Source of the DNA: Haloferax volcanii DS2
GTDB taxonomy: Archaea > Halobacteriota > Halobacteria > Halobacteriales > Haloferacaceae
Reading direction: 5' to 3'
DNA length: 32,000 bases
Assembly: GCF_000025685.1 (NCBI RefSeq)
Contig: NC_013967.1
Span: 810,001 to 842,000, forward strand
Positions 1-10,752 of this stretch are shown piece by piece. The notes beneath the pieces were generated by a model. That model worked only from the letters and a program-made list of their open reading frames with translations. It was not told the DNA's origin and searched no databases. The translations under genes and the position numbers were made by a program. The first letter of the stretch is position 1. Each line of letters starts with the position of its first letter.

Positions 1-1
1 G

Positions 2-1651
<1,650 letters not shown>

Positions 1652-1797
1652 GGGTCGTCGACGCGGCCACCTCCCCCCGAAACGTCGGGGATGACATGAC
1701 CGTTCGCTGACTGGAACGCGCGCCGGCGACGCGCGTAACCGACCGACAGCCCGGCGACCGCCCGTGCCGAAGTTCCCCACGCGGACGACTGGACTAC

Positions 1798-1808
1798 ATA
1801 GATTTATC
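1798..1808 (+). promoter_or_regulatory. TATA-like box upstream of acs
   Basis: An AT-rich tagatttatca lies in otherwise GC-rich DNA, centred about 35 nt before ATG 1838. This fits a short-leader or leaderless haloarchaeal promoter. Confidence 0.3.
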
Positions 1809-1837
1809 ATGGAGGATTGGTGTAATTAGCACGTACT

Positions 1838-3826
1838 ATGGCAGACGGTGACACCGAACTGGAGGCACGGCTGGTCGAGCAGGAGGAGTTCGAACCCTCC
1901 GAGGAGTTCGTCGCGCAGGCGAACGTCTCCGACCCGGCCGTCTACGACGAGTTCGAGGAGAACTGGCCCGACTGCTGGGAGCGGGCCGCCGAGATGCTCG
2001 ACTGGGACGAGAAGTACGACGAGGTACTGGACGATTCGAACCCGCCGTTCTACGAGTGGTTCACGGGCGGCAAGCTCAACGTCTCGTACAACTGCGTGGA
2101 CCGCCACGTCGAAAACGGGGACAAGAACCGCGTCGCCATCAAGTGGGAGGGCGAACACGGCGAGACGCGGACGTACACGTATCAGGACCTCTATCGCGAG
2201 GTGAACGAGTTCGCGGCCGCGCTGCGCGACCTCGGCGTCGAGGAAGACGACGTGGTCACGCTCTACATGCCGATGATTCCGGAACTGCCAATCGCCATGC
2301 TGGCCTGCGCCCGCATCGGCGCGCCGCACTCGGTCGTCTTCGGCGGCTTCTCCGCCGAGGCGCTGGCGACGCGGATGAACGCCGCGGACTCCCGCTTCCT
2401 CGTCACCTGCGACGGCTACTACCGCCGCGGCGACCCGCTCGACCACCTCGACAAGGCCAACGAGGGCCTCGACGGCGTCGACCACGGCGTCGACGCGACC
2501 GTCGTCGTCGACCGACTGGGTGACGACGGCTTCGACCACGACCTGAAGGGCAACCAGCACGACTGGGACGACCTCCTCGACGAGCACGCCGGCGAGCGCA
2601 TCGACCCCGTCGAACGCGACGCCGAGGACATGCTGTTCCTGATGTACACCTCGGGGACGACGGGCCAGCCGAAGGGGGTCAAACACACCACCGGCGGCTA
2701 CCTCGCGTACGCCGCGTGGACCTCCCACGCGGTCCTCGACATCGAGAAGGAAGACACCTACTGGTGTTCGGCCGACATCGGCTGGATTACGGGCCACTCG
2801 TACATCGTCTACGGGCCGCTCGCGCTCGGCACGACGACGGTGATGTACGAGGGGACGCCTGACTTCCCCAACCGCGACCGCCTGTGGGACATCATCGAGA
2901 AGTACGCGGTCGACATCTTCTACACCGCGCCGACGGCGATTCGCGCGTTCATGAAGTGGGGCAGCCGGTTCCCCGAACAGCACGACCTGTCGAGCCTCCG
3001 CCTGCTCGGCACGGTGGGCGAACCTATCAACCCGCGCGCGTGGAAGTGGTACTACAAGCACATCGGCAACGAGGACTGCCCGGTCGTGGACACGTGGTGG
3101 CAGACCGAGACCGGCGGGATGATGATAACGACGCTCCCGGGAATCAAGAAGATGAAACCCGGCTCCGCCGGGCCGCCGCTGCCGGGCATCGACGCCCAAA
3201 TCGTCGACACGAGCGGAAAACAGGTCGACGCCGGGCGCGCGGGCTATCTCACGGTGAACAAGCCGTGGCCCGGCATGCTCCGGACGCTCTACAAGAACGA
3301 CGAGCGCTTCATTCAGGAGTACTGGCAGGAGTACTCCGACACCGACAGCGACGACCCCGACGACTGGGTCTACTTCCCCGAGGACGGCGCGAAAATCGAC
3401 GGCGACGACTATATCACCATCCTCGGGCGCGTCGACGACGTCATCAACGTCTCGGGCCACCGCCTCGGGACGATGGAAATCGAGTCGGCCATCGTCGGCG
3501 TCGAGGGCGTCGCGGAGGCCGCGGTCGTCGGCGGCAACCACGAGGTGAAAGGCGAGGCCGTCTACGCCTACGTCATCACCGAGGAGGGTCAGGACGAAGA
3601 CGACGAGATGCGGGGGCGCATCATCGAGGGCGTCGAGGACGCCATCGGCCCCATCGCTCGCCCCGAGATGGTCGTGTTCACGCCGGAACTTCCGAAGACG
3701 CGGTCTGGCAAGATTATGCGTCGGCTCCTCGAAGAGATTGCGAACGGCGAGGAACTCGGTGACACGACGACGCTTCGGAACCCCGAAGTCGTCGAGTCGA
3801 TTCAGCGGCAGGTCGAAAGCGAGTAA
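1838..3826 (+). CDS. acs: acetyl-CoA synthetase (acetate--CoA ligase, AMP-forming)
   Basis: 662 aa with AMP-binding motifs YTSGTTGQPKG and WWQTETGG, a C-terminal PKTRSGKIMRR, and the full-length Acs N-terminal domain (WFTGGKLNVSYNCVDRH). Confidence 0.93.
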   Translation: MADGDTELEARLVEQEEFEPSEEFVAQANVSDPAVYDEFEENWPDCWERAAEMLDWDEKYDEVLDDSNPPFYEWFTGGKLNVSYNCVDRHVENGDKNRVAIKWEGEHGETRTYTYQDLYREVNEFAAALRDLGVEEDDVVTLYMPMIPELPIAMLACARIGAPHSVVFGGFSAEALATRMNAADSRFLVTCDGYYRRGDPLDHLDKANEGLDGVDHGVDATVVVDRLGDDGFDHDLKGNQHDWDDLLDEHAGERIDPVERDAEDMLFLMYTSGTTGQPKGVKHTTGGYLAYAAWTSHAVLDIEKEDTYWCSADIGWITGHSYIVYGPLALGTTTVMYEGTPDFPNRDRLWDIIEKYAVDIFYTAPTAIRAFMKWGSRFPEQHDLSSLRLLGTVGEPINPRAWKWYYKHIGNEDCPVVDTWWQTETGGMMITTLPGIKKMKPGSAGPPLPGIDAQIVDTSGKQVDAGRAGYLTVNKPWPGMLRTLYKNDERFIQEYWQEYSDTDSDDPDDWVYFPEDGAKIDGDDYITILGRVDDVINVSGHRLGTMEIESAIVGVEGVAEAAVVGGNHEVKGEAVYAYVITEEGQDEDDEMRGRIIEGVEDAIGPIARPEMVVFTPELPKTRSGKIMRRLLEEIANGEELGDTTTLRNPEVVESIQRQVESE

Positions 3827-3855
3827 CCGCCGGTTCCGCCACCGTCGGCCCTGCT

Positions 3856-4101
3856 CTATCGCGGATTTTCTTCCAACCACGCCGACAGCGACGACTCGTC
3901 GCGGAAGTAGCGCCGCTCGCGGACGCCGTCGCGTTCGACCACGGCGAGGAGATGCTTCTCGGAGAGCCGAATCTGCTCGCCGCTGTACGTACACGGTTCG
4001 ATTCGCTCGTCGCCCGGCCGCCACAGCCGATGGGGGACGACGCGGACGATGGTCTCGTCCCGGCCCGTCGGCGAGCGTCCGGTGTAGTCCGAAAGTGCCA
4101 T
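3856..4101 (-). CDS. small conserved hypothetical protein (81 aa), convergent with acs
   Basis: The ORF-track frame is 3856..4194. I prefer the internal ATG at 4099-4101 (MALSDYTGRSPTG...) because the upstream 31 codons run into AT-rich promoter-like DNA. The composition is acidic. No function recognised. Confidence 0.5.
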   Translation of the reverse strand: MALSDYTGRSPTGRDETIVRVVPHRLWRPGDERIEPCTYSGEQIRLSEKHLLAVVERDGVRERRYFRDESSLSAWLEENPR

Positions 4102-4242
4102 ACGCGCGCTACGAACTCCACGAATAAGGTATTTTCCTGCATAGTTTGTGTAGTAATATAGTCTCCCGCGGCCCGAGTCGTGGGCTATTGTCACTCGGTG
4201 TGCGAATTGTTCTCAACGATGCGTACCGCGGTAGCAGCCCGC

Positions 4243-4253
4243 ACATTTATTTT
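4243..4253 (+). promoter_or_regulatory. TATA-like box for the acyl-CoA synthetase gene
   Basis: catttattttg is centred about 30 nt before ATG 4278, which implies a leaderless or near-leaderless transcript. Confidence 0.4.
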
Positions 4254-4277
4254 GAACGTTAGTGAAGGATACCGCGT

Positions 4278-5900
4278 ATGAAGAAACCACTCCTGGTGAC
4301 GGAGTTCCTCGACCGCGCGCGGCGGTACTACGGGGACGAGGAGGCGGTCGTGGCGACGACCGGCGAGCGCTTTACATACGACGAACTCGGGGAGCGCGCC
4401 GACGGCTTCTCGGCGGCGCTCCAGTCCCGCGGCGTCGAGAAGGGCGACCGTGTCGCGGTGCTCGACCCCAACACGCACTACCACCTCGAAGCCGCCTACG
4501 GGTCGATGCAGTTGGGTGCGGTCCACATGCCGCTGAACTACCGGCTCGTCCCCGCGGACTTCGAGTACGTGCTGAACGACGCGGACGTGACGGCCGTCTA
4601 CGCCGACTACGCCTTCGCCGAGAAGATAGACGCGGTCCGCGACGAGATTCCCGCTGAGATTTTCGTCACGAACGACCCCGAGAAGGCCGCCGAATCGACC
4701 GACGGGGAGTGGCTCGACTTCGACGAACTGGTCGCGGAGTCGACCGACTACGAGCGCCCAGAGATGGACGAAGACGACATCATCACCATCAACTACACGT
4801 CGGGGACGACCGGCGACCCGAAAGGCGTCTGCCGCACTCATCGCGCCGAGACGATTCACGCCTATCTCATCTCGATGCATCAGGACATCGGGGACGACGA
4901 CGTGTATCTCTGGACGCTCCCGATGTTCCACGTCAACGGCTGGGGCCACATCTACGCGATTACCGGCCACGGCGCGAAGCACGTCTGCACCCGCGGGGTG
5001 GAGGCTGAGGCCGTGTTAGACGCCATCCGCGACGAGGACGTGTCGTATCTCTGCGCCGCCCCGACGGTGCTGAACATCCTGATGAAACACTACCGCGAGG
5101 AGGGGGGCGTCGAGACGACCGGCGCGAGCCCCGTCCGGGCGGCGACCGCGGGTGCGGCCCCGCCGGAGGCGACGATTCGGACCGTGGAAGACGAGTTCGG
5201 CTGGCGGCTCATGCACGTCTACGGAGCCACCGAGACCGGCCCGCTCATCACGACCTCGGAGGCCGGTCGTTACCTGACGGACGGCGACGACCGCTTCGGC
5301 GTGAAGAAGAAACAGGGCATCGGCTACCTCGGCACCGACGTTCGCGTCGTCGACGAGGACGGCACCGACGTGCCGAGAGACGAGCAGTCCGTCGGCGAAA
5401 TCGTCGTCACGGGCAACCAGGTGATGGAGAAGTACTGGAACAAACCCGAGGAGACCGAGGAGGCCTTCTCGGCGCGGCTGGAGGGTTACTACCACATGGG
5501 CGACCTCGCGGTCGTCGACGAGAACGGCTTCATCAGCATTCAGGACCGCAAGAAGGACATCATCATCTCCGGCGGCGAGAACATCTCCAGCATCGAACTG
5601 GAGGACACGCTGTTCGACCACGACGAGGTCGCAGACGTGGCGGTCATCCCCGTCCCGTCCGACGAGTGGGGCGAGTCGCCGAAGGCGTTCGTCGTGCCGA
5701 CGAGCGGCGACCCCGACGCGCCGGGCGTCACCGCCGAGGCGCTCATCGCGTTCTGTCGGGAGCGCATCGCGACGTACAAAGTGCCGAAGGAAGTCGAGTT
5801 CGTCACCGAACTGCCGAAGACCGCGACCGGGAAGGTTCAGAAGTACGAACTGCGCGAACGCGAGTGGGAAGACGAAGGGCGGATGATGGGAGAAGGATAG
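4278..5900 (+). CDS. AMP-dependent acyl-CoA synthetase/ligase (medium/long-chain fatty-acid--CoA ligase-like)
   Basis: 540 aa with the AMP-binding signature YTSGTTGDPKG, plus YGATETG, GDLAVVDENGFISIQDRKKD and a C-terminal PKTATGKVQK. Substrate cannot be assigned from sequence. Confidence 0.88.
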   Translation: MKKPLLVTEFLDRARRYYGDEEAVVATTGERFTYDELGERADGFSAALQSRGVEKGDRVAVLDPNTHYHLEAAYGSMQLGAVHMPLNYRLVPADFEYVLNDADVTAVYADYAFAEKIDAVRDEIPAEIFVTNDPEKAAESTDGEWLDFDELVAESTDYERPEMDEDDIITINYTSGTTGDPKGVCRTHRAETIHAYLISMHQDIGDDDVYLWTLPMFHVNGWGHIYAITGHGAKHVCTRGVEAEAVLDAIRDEDVSYLCAAPTVLNILMKHYREEGGVETTGASPVRAATAGAAPPEATIRTVEDEFGWRLMHVYGATETGPLITTSEAGRYLTDGDDRFGVKKKQGIGYLGTDVRVVDEDGTDVPRDEQSVGEIVVTGNQVMEKYWNKPEETEEAFSARLEGYYHMGDLAVVDENGFISIQDRKKDIIISGGENISSIELEDTLFDHDEVADVAVIPVPSDEWGESPKAFVVPTSGDPDAPGVTAEALIAFCRERIATYKVPKEVEFVTELPKTATGKVQKYELREREWEDEGRMMGEG

Positions 5901-5983
5901 CAACGACCGCGTTAAGCTCGCGTTTCGGCCGGTAGCAGGCTCCTAACCGCGGCCGCGGCGTCTCGTTTCGAGGAGGGGACGGT

Positions 5984-6592
5984 TCAGCGGTCGTTGCAGG
6001 GGCAGTCGAGGCCGAGCGACCCGGGGTCGTTGTTGAACGCGTCGAGGGTGTCTTTGAGCGGTTCGCCGTCGACCATGTCGCCGCCGACGGAGACGTACCA
6101 GCTCTTTTGCTTGCCGCCGTTCGACCACGCGGAGTTACCGAGCCAGTTCCCGGCCATGTTCTTGACCTCTTCGATGGTGTAGCTCGCGTAGTCGCCGTAC
6201 TGGATGGTCGCGCCGTCGCTCGTGCAGCCCGGGTCGTCGCCCGGTCTGTTCCGGAGGTTGAGGACGATTGCGAGGTAGTGTTTCGCCATGATGTTCGCCT
6301 TGTCGCCCTTCGTGGGCGCGACGAGGAACTCGCGCCACTCGTCGTGGGTCATCGTGACGCCGCGGAGGGCGTAGTTCGAGTCACCGTTCGGACCGAGGAC
6401 CGCCCAGTTGTCGGTGGGGCTGCTGTAATCCGGGTTGTTCGCCCAGTAGCCGGGTGTCTTGGGACACATGGTCGCCGCCACCGAGCCGGAAACCGCGGGG
6501 ATGCCGATACCGATGCCGAGCGCCGACATCGCGCCGAGTCGGAGCACGGAGCGCCGAGTCGGTCTGAATCCGTCGTTCGTGTCGTCTGTCAT
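5984..6592 (-). CDS. Tat-secreted hypothetical protein with conserved Cys residues
   Basis: Start chosen at ATG 6590-6592 (MTDDTNDGFRPTRRSVLRLGAMSALGIGIGIPAVSG), giving a twin-arginine signal plus hydrophobic region. The mature part has four Cys (MCPKTPGYW, PGCTS, C-terminal DCPC). A TTTATAA-like box lies on the minus strand around 6643-6650. Confidence 0.65.
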   Translation of the reverse strand: MTDDTNDGFRPTRRSVLRLGAMSALGIGIGIPAVSGSVAATMCPKTPGYWANNPDYSSPTDNWAVLGPNGDSNYALRGVTMTHDEWREFLVAPTKGDKANIMAKHYLAIVLNLRNRPGDDPGCTSDGATIQYGDYASYTIEEVKNMAGNWLGNSAWSNGGKQKSWYVSVGGDMVDGEPLKDTLDAFNNDPGSLGLDCPCNDR

Positions 6593-7044
6593 AGTGGTGC
6601 CACGGGCGTGGCTGCATCGGTGTTCGCGCGTTCCGGGGTTAGTTATAAATCGAACATTCACGACGGTACGAGATTAACTGGTCAACGAACGCGCGGAAAC
6701 GGCGCTGAAACGGTGCTATCCGGGGATATATATCTAGTATTCTGATAGTTGTCGGCCGGCCGTTCGCGCCGCTCACGCCGGTGCCGACGCGGTGAGATTG
6801 GTGCGGCGTGCGTCGCGACGAGACGGACTGCACGGCGGACTCGTCGCTCTCGATGCCTGACGGGGCGAACGACTGTGCGGGGCGAGTCCGACACCGGCCC
6901 GTATTTTGCGCCAGTGACACGTCCCGCGACGCGGAGTGGGCACTGCGGGAGCCGACCGCCGGTCGGGACGACGGACACCTTATATCATGTTGTAGATCCC
7001 ACCAATATATAATGATTGATTACACAGATATTAGGGAATCAATA

Positions 7045-7061
7045 CATAACTATTATTAACG
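7045..7061 (+). promoter_or_regulatory. AT-rich TATA region of the liv-type operon
   Basis: cataactattattaacg is centred about 29 nt before ATG 7082. It sits inside an approximately 80-nt AT-rich block (6981-7061) that is unique in this GC-rich neighbourhood. Confidence 0.35.
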
Positions 7062-7081
7062 ATGTATCCGCCGATGTGTCT

Positions 7082-8482
7082 ATGGCACGGGATAGCAAGC
7101 CGCTCAATAGGCGAGATGTGTTGAAGGCGACTGGTGCTGTCGGAACCGCTGGCTTGGCAGGGCTGGCGGGGTGTACCGGCGGTGGCGACGGCGGCGGTGG
7201 TGATGGTGGCGGCGGTAGCGACGGCGGCGGCGGTGACGGCGGCGATGGTGGCGACGACTACCCGGCGCTGGGCAACTTCCCCATCGAGGGCGACACGGCC
7301 ACGTTCGGATTCAACGTCCCGCAGTCGGGACCGTACGCCTCGGAGGGTGAAGACGAGCTTCGAGCCTATCAGCTCGCGGTGAAGCACCTCAACGAGGGCG
7401 GCGGTTGGGTCGACTCGCAGTTCGACGACCTCTCCGGCGACGGCGTGCTCGGCTACACTATCGACCACGTGGACGGGGACACGGCCACGGACGCGGACCA
7501 GGCGCGACAGTCCGCCTCGGGGATGATTCAGCGCGACGACGCGATTATGATTTCGGGCGGCTCGTCCTCGGCGGTCGCCATCGCGGTCCAAGGGCTGTGT
7601 CAAAACGAGAAAGTCATGTTCATGTGCTGTCTGACGCACTCGAACGACACCACCGGAAAGGACTGCGTCCGCTACTCCTTCCGGGAGATGTTCAACGCCT
7701 ACATGACCGGACAGGCGCTCGCGCCGGTCGTCCGCGACGCCTACGGCGAGGGTTTGCAGTTTTATCAGCTCTACGCCGATTACAGCTGGGGCCAGACCCA
7801 GCAGGCGTCGATGGAGCAGTTCATGACCGACGTGGCCGGCTGGGAGCAGGTGGAGTCGGTCGCGACCCCGCTCGGCACCTCCGACTACTCGACGTACCTC
7901 TCGGAGGCCCAGAGCTCGGGCGCGGACGTGCTCATCTTGAACCACTACGGCCTCGACGGCGCGAACTCCATGCAGCAGGCCATCGACGCCGGCATCGACG
8001 AGGACATGGAAATCATCGTTCCGCTGTACAACCGCCCGATGGCGCAGGCGGCGGGCGGTGCGATAGAGGGAATCTACGGCACCGTCGCGTGGGACTCGCA
8101 GATAGACAACACGCCGTCGCAGGAGTTCACGCAGGCGTTCCGAGACGAGTACGACCGGACGCCATCGGGGCCCGCTCAACTGGCGTACGCACAGACGCTC
8201 CAGTACGCGGCCGCCGTCGAGCGCGCGGGCACGTTCTACCCGCCGGAGGTCATCAAGCAACTCGAAGACTACGAGTACGACAACATCGGGATGGGCTCGG
8301 AGACGATGCGCGGCTGTGACCACCAGGCGCAGCGAGACGTGCCGGTCGTCCAGGGGCTTCCCGCCTCCGAGCAGAGCGAGGGGACGTACTTCAACATCGT
8401 CAACATCACCAGCCGCGACGACCTCGGCTACGCGTGCGACGCCGGGCCGGCGGCCGAGTGTGAACTCGGGTCCTACGAGTAG
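7082..8482 (+). CDS. livJ: branched-chain amino acid (HAAT family) ABC transporter substrate-binding lipoprotein
   Basis: A Tat motif plus lipobox (NRRDVLKATGAVGTAGLAGLAGC) is followed by a Gly/Asp low-complexity linker, then a periplasmic-binding-protein type I body (GFNVPQSGPYASEGE..., YQLYADYSWGQ). It is the first gene of the livHMGF cluster. The upstream TTG/ATG at 7016 in the ORF track lies in the promoter and is rejected. Confidence 0.85.
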   Translation: MARDSKPLNRRDVLKATGAVGTAGLAGLAGCTGGGDGGGGDGGGGSDGGGGDGGDGGDDYPALGNFPIEGDTATFGFNVPQSGPYASEGEDELRAYQLAVKHLNEGGGWVDSQFDDLSGDGVLGYTIDHVDGDTATDADQARQSASGMIQRDDAIMISGGSSSAVAIAVQGLCQNEKVMFMCCLTHSNDTTGKDCVRYSFREMFNAYMTGQALAPVVRDAYGEGLQFYQLYADYSWGQTQQASMEQFMTDVAGWEQVESVATPLGTSDYSTYLSEAQSSGADVLILNHYGLDGANSMQQAIDAGIDEDMEIIVPLYNRPMAQAAGGAIEGIYGTVAWDSQIDNTPSQEFTQAFRDEYDRTPSGPAQLAYAQTLQYAAAVERAGTFYPPEVIKQLEDYEYDNIGMGSETMRGCDHQAQRDVPVVQGLPASEQSEGTYFNIVNITSRDDLGYACDAGPAAECELGSYE

Positions 8483-8591
8483 ACACTCCCCCCACCGTTA
8501 TCTTAATGAAAGTTAATCGCAGACAACCACGCACACGTAAATGAGTAAGTTTAGCATACCTATGGTAGTTCGCGCTTCGAACATCCGAGGC

Positions 8592-8598
8592 GGAGGTG
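8592..8598 (+). promoter_or_regulatory. Shine-Dalgarno-like GGAGGTG before livH
   Basis: GGAGGTG lies 7 nt before ATG 8606. Similar motifs precede livM (GGAGGTG 9559-9565), livG (GGGGTGA 10736-10742) and livF, and a G-run precedes the thioredoxin gene. Confidence 0.45.
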
Positions 8599-8605
8599 GG
8601 GGGCG

Positions 8606-9574
8606 ATGAGCCTTCTGTCGGACGTACTCGTCATCCTGCTCAACGGGCTGCAGCAGGGGGCTATCTACGTCCTCTTGGCGGTCGGTCTCTCCATCATCCT
8701 CGGCACGCTCAAGTTCGTCAACTTCGCGCACGGCGCGCTGTATCTCGTCGGCACGTACGCGGGGCTGTTCGTCGCGCTGAACGTGCCGCTTTCGAACGGG
8801 AAGCTAGCGGAGTGGGGCTTTTCGAGCTTCGGGCTCGACATCGGCTTTCTGGCCGCCCTGCTTTTCGTCCCGCTTTTCGTCTTCGGCGTCGGCCTGCTGA
8901 TGGAGCGGTACCTCGCGCGGGCGTTCTACGACCGCCCCGACACCGACCAGATTCTCGTCACGTTCGGCCTCGCAATCGTCGTCCAGGAGCTGTTTCGCGT
9001 CCTGTTCGGCAGCAACAGCCTGCCGTTCGAACAGCCCGAGCGAATCCTCTCTGTCGGCTCGTTCGCCGGCATTCCCGTCTCCGGCCCGATTGCGCTGCCC
9101 ATCGTCGGTAACTTCCCGCAGTGGCGGCTCTGGGTCATCGGCATCACGGCCGTCCTCGTGGCGCTCGTGTACCTGCTCGTCGAGTACACCGACTTCGGTC
9201 TCGTCGTCCGCGCCGGGACCCGCGACGCCGAGATGGTCCGACTCCTCGGCATCAAAATCACCCGCCCGTACATCGTCGTCTTCGGCATCGGCGCGGCGCT
9301 CGCCGGGGTGGCGGGCGTCGTCGGCGGCCCGCTGAACGTCGTCAACCCGACTATCGGGACGAACATCCTCGTCCCGGCGTTCCTGACGGTCGTCATCGGC
9401 GGGGTCGGCAGCATCGCCGGCGCTGTCGTCGGCGGCATCGTCTTCGGTCTCACGACCGCTGCGCTCGTCTCCTTCGCGCCCGCGTGGTCGCAGGTCGGCC
9501 TGTACGCCATCGCGGCCATCGTCCTCCTGACGCGACCGCAGGGTCTGCTCGGCGACGAGGAGGTGGCCCCATGA
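8606..9574 (+). CDS. livH: branched-chain amino acid ABC transporter permease
   Basis: 322 aa polytopic membrane protein with the LivH-type N-terminus LLNGLQQGAIYVLLAVGLSIILG..NFAHG. Its stop overlaps the livM start (ATGA at 9571-9574). Confidence 0.9.
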   Translation: MSLLSDVLVILLNGLQQGAIYVLLAVGLSIILGTLKFVNFAHGALYLVGTYAGLFVALNVPLSNGKLAEWGFSSFGLDIGFLAALLFVPLFVFGVGLLMERYLARAFYDRPDTDQILVTFGLAIVVQELFRVLFGSNSLPFEQPERILSVGSFAGIPVSGPIALPIVGNFPQWRLWVIGITAVLVALVYLLVEYTDFGLVVRAGTRDAEMVRLLGIKITRPYIVVFGIGAALAGVAGVVGGPLNVVNPTIGTNILVPAFLTVVIGGVGSIAGAVVGGIVFGLTTAALVSFAPAWSQVGLYAIAAIVLLTRPQGLLGDEEVAP

Positions 9575-10752
9575 GCGAGAAGGACGCCAACCCGAGCGCC
9601 AAAGACGCGCTCGTCGGCGGCAGTCTGTTCGGTCGTTGGGAGAAACTCCGCGGCCGCGAGGGGACGGTCGTCGGCATCACGGCCATCCTCGTCGCGGTGT
9701 TCCCGTACATCTTCGCCCGTGCCCCCGTCGTCTCGGGGGTTTTACAGGGCTACCAGAGCCTCGCGACGCTCATCCTCATCTGGGGCATCTTCGCCATCGG
9801 CTTCGACCTGCTTCTCGGCTACACCGGGCTGCTCTCGTTCGGCCACGCGGCCTTCTGGGGTGGCGCAGCGTACGCCGCCGGCATCGTCGCCAAGAACGTC
9901 AGCGGCGACCCCATCGTGATGGTCGTCTCGGGGACGCTGTTCGCCGTGTTGCTCGCGTGGGTGCTCGGCTTCCTGTCGCTCCGCCGCAGCGGCATCTACT
10001 TCTCCATCCTCACGCTGGCGTTCGCCCAGATGTTCTACTACATGGCCGCGTCGCCGCTGGCGTTTCTGACCAACGGCGAAAACGGCCTGACCGGCGTCGA
10101 GGTCGGTAGTTTCCTCGGCGTCATCCACCTCGAAGCCGACATCCCGTCCGTCGGCGGGATGCTCCTCGGGACGTGGCTGTACGCCTTCGTCGGCGCTTTC
10201 TTCGTCGGCGCGGTCGCGGTCGCCTACCGCATCCTCAACTCCCCGTACGGGATGGTGTTCCGCGCCATCCGCGAGAACGAACAGCGCGCCGAGTTCGTCG
10301 GCTTCAACGTCTGGCGCTACAAGCTCATGGCGTTCATCATCTCTGGCGCGTTCGCCGGCATCGCCGGGAGCCTCTTTACCATCCACGGGGCGTACGTCCC
10401 CCTCCAGTCGCTGTTCTGGACGGAGTCGGGCGACATCGTCGTCATGACCGTCCTCGGCGGCGCGGGCTCGATGTTCGGGCCGGTTCTCGGCGTGGGGCTG
10501 TACCTCTACATCGAGAACATCGTCAGCACCATTCAGGCGCTGACGATTCCCTTCACGGGCATCGTGCTCGTCCGGGACTTCGGGTTCTACTGGCACCTGC
10601 TCTTGGGCCTCGTCTTCGTCGTGGTCGTCTGGGTCGTCCCCGACGGCCTGTGGGGCATCCTGACCCGCCTCCGCGAACTCGCGGTCGACCTCGGTTCGAG
10701 GGCGGCGAACCGCGTCCGCTCGCGCTTCGGAAACGGGGGTGACGGTCGATGA
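9571..10752 (+). CDS. livM: branched-chain amino acid ABC transporter permease
   Basis: Start taken at ATG 9571 (MSEKDANPSAK...). The ORF-track N-terminal extension from 9121 is Arg-rich out-of-frame read-through of livH. LivM-type core: GYTGLLSFGHAAFWGGAAY, REN.QRAEFVG. ATGA overlap with livG. Confidence 0.88.
   Translation: MSEKDANPSAKDALVGGSLFGRWEKLRGREGTVVGITAILVAVFPYIFARAPVVSGVLQGYQSLATLILIWGIFAIGFDLLLGYTGLLSFGHAAFWGGAAYAAGIVAKNVSGDPIVMVVSGTLFAVLLAWVLGFLSLRRSGIYFSILTLAFAQMFYYMAASPLAFLTNGENGLTGVEVGSFLGVIHLEADIPSVGGMLLGTWLYAFVGAFFVGAVAVAYRILNSPYGMVFRAIRENEQRAEFVGFNVWRYKLMAFIISGAFAGIAGSLFTIHGAYVPLQSLFWTESGDIVVMTVLGGAGSMFGPVLGVGLYLYIENIVSTIQALTIPFTGIVLVRDFGFYWHLLLGLVFVVVVWVVPDGLWGILTRLRELAVDLGSRAANRVRSRFGNGGDGR

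Noticed and set aside
1675-1690. A hairpin CCCCGA-aacg-TCGGGG just after the mcm stop, considered as a terminator.
   Set aside because: No oligo-T tract follows it and the stem is short. Evidence is insufficient to call a terminator.
1826-4024. A 732-aa ORF antisense to acs. Similar long antisense or out-of-frame ORFs occur at 7031..8323, 12025..13281, 14330..15835, 15950..18214, 9742..10596 and 4191..4982.
   Set aside because: Their translations are Arg/Pro/Gly/Val-rich and basic, unlike the acidic proteome here. Each fully overlaps a gene with unmistakable family motifs on the other strand or in another frame. Long stop-free antisense frames are an expected artefact of high-GC DNA.
6662-6980. 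About 320 nt of GC-rich DNA with no assigned gene, between the Tat protein gene and the liv promoter. Several 80-100-aa ORFs are listed there on both strands.
   Set aside because: All candidate frames are basic and Arg-rich with no recognisable motif, and none has a promoter-like context. I saw only a small hairpin (CCGACC-gcc-GGTCGG near 6952) and nothing resembling a known RNA. It could be a decayed gene or a long 5' region, but I cannot support any call.
7185-7262. A GGC/GGT/GAC-rich repetitive DNA stretch that looks like a short tandem repeat array.
   Set aside because: It is in frame within livJ and encodes the Gly/Asp linker (GGGDGGGGDGGGGSDGGGGDGGDGGDD) directly after the lipobox Cys. 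This is a common feature of haloarchaeal lipoprotein tethers. It is neither a CRISPR array nor a non-coding repeat.
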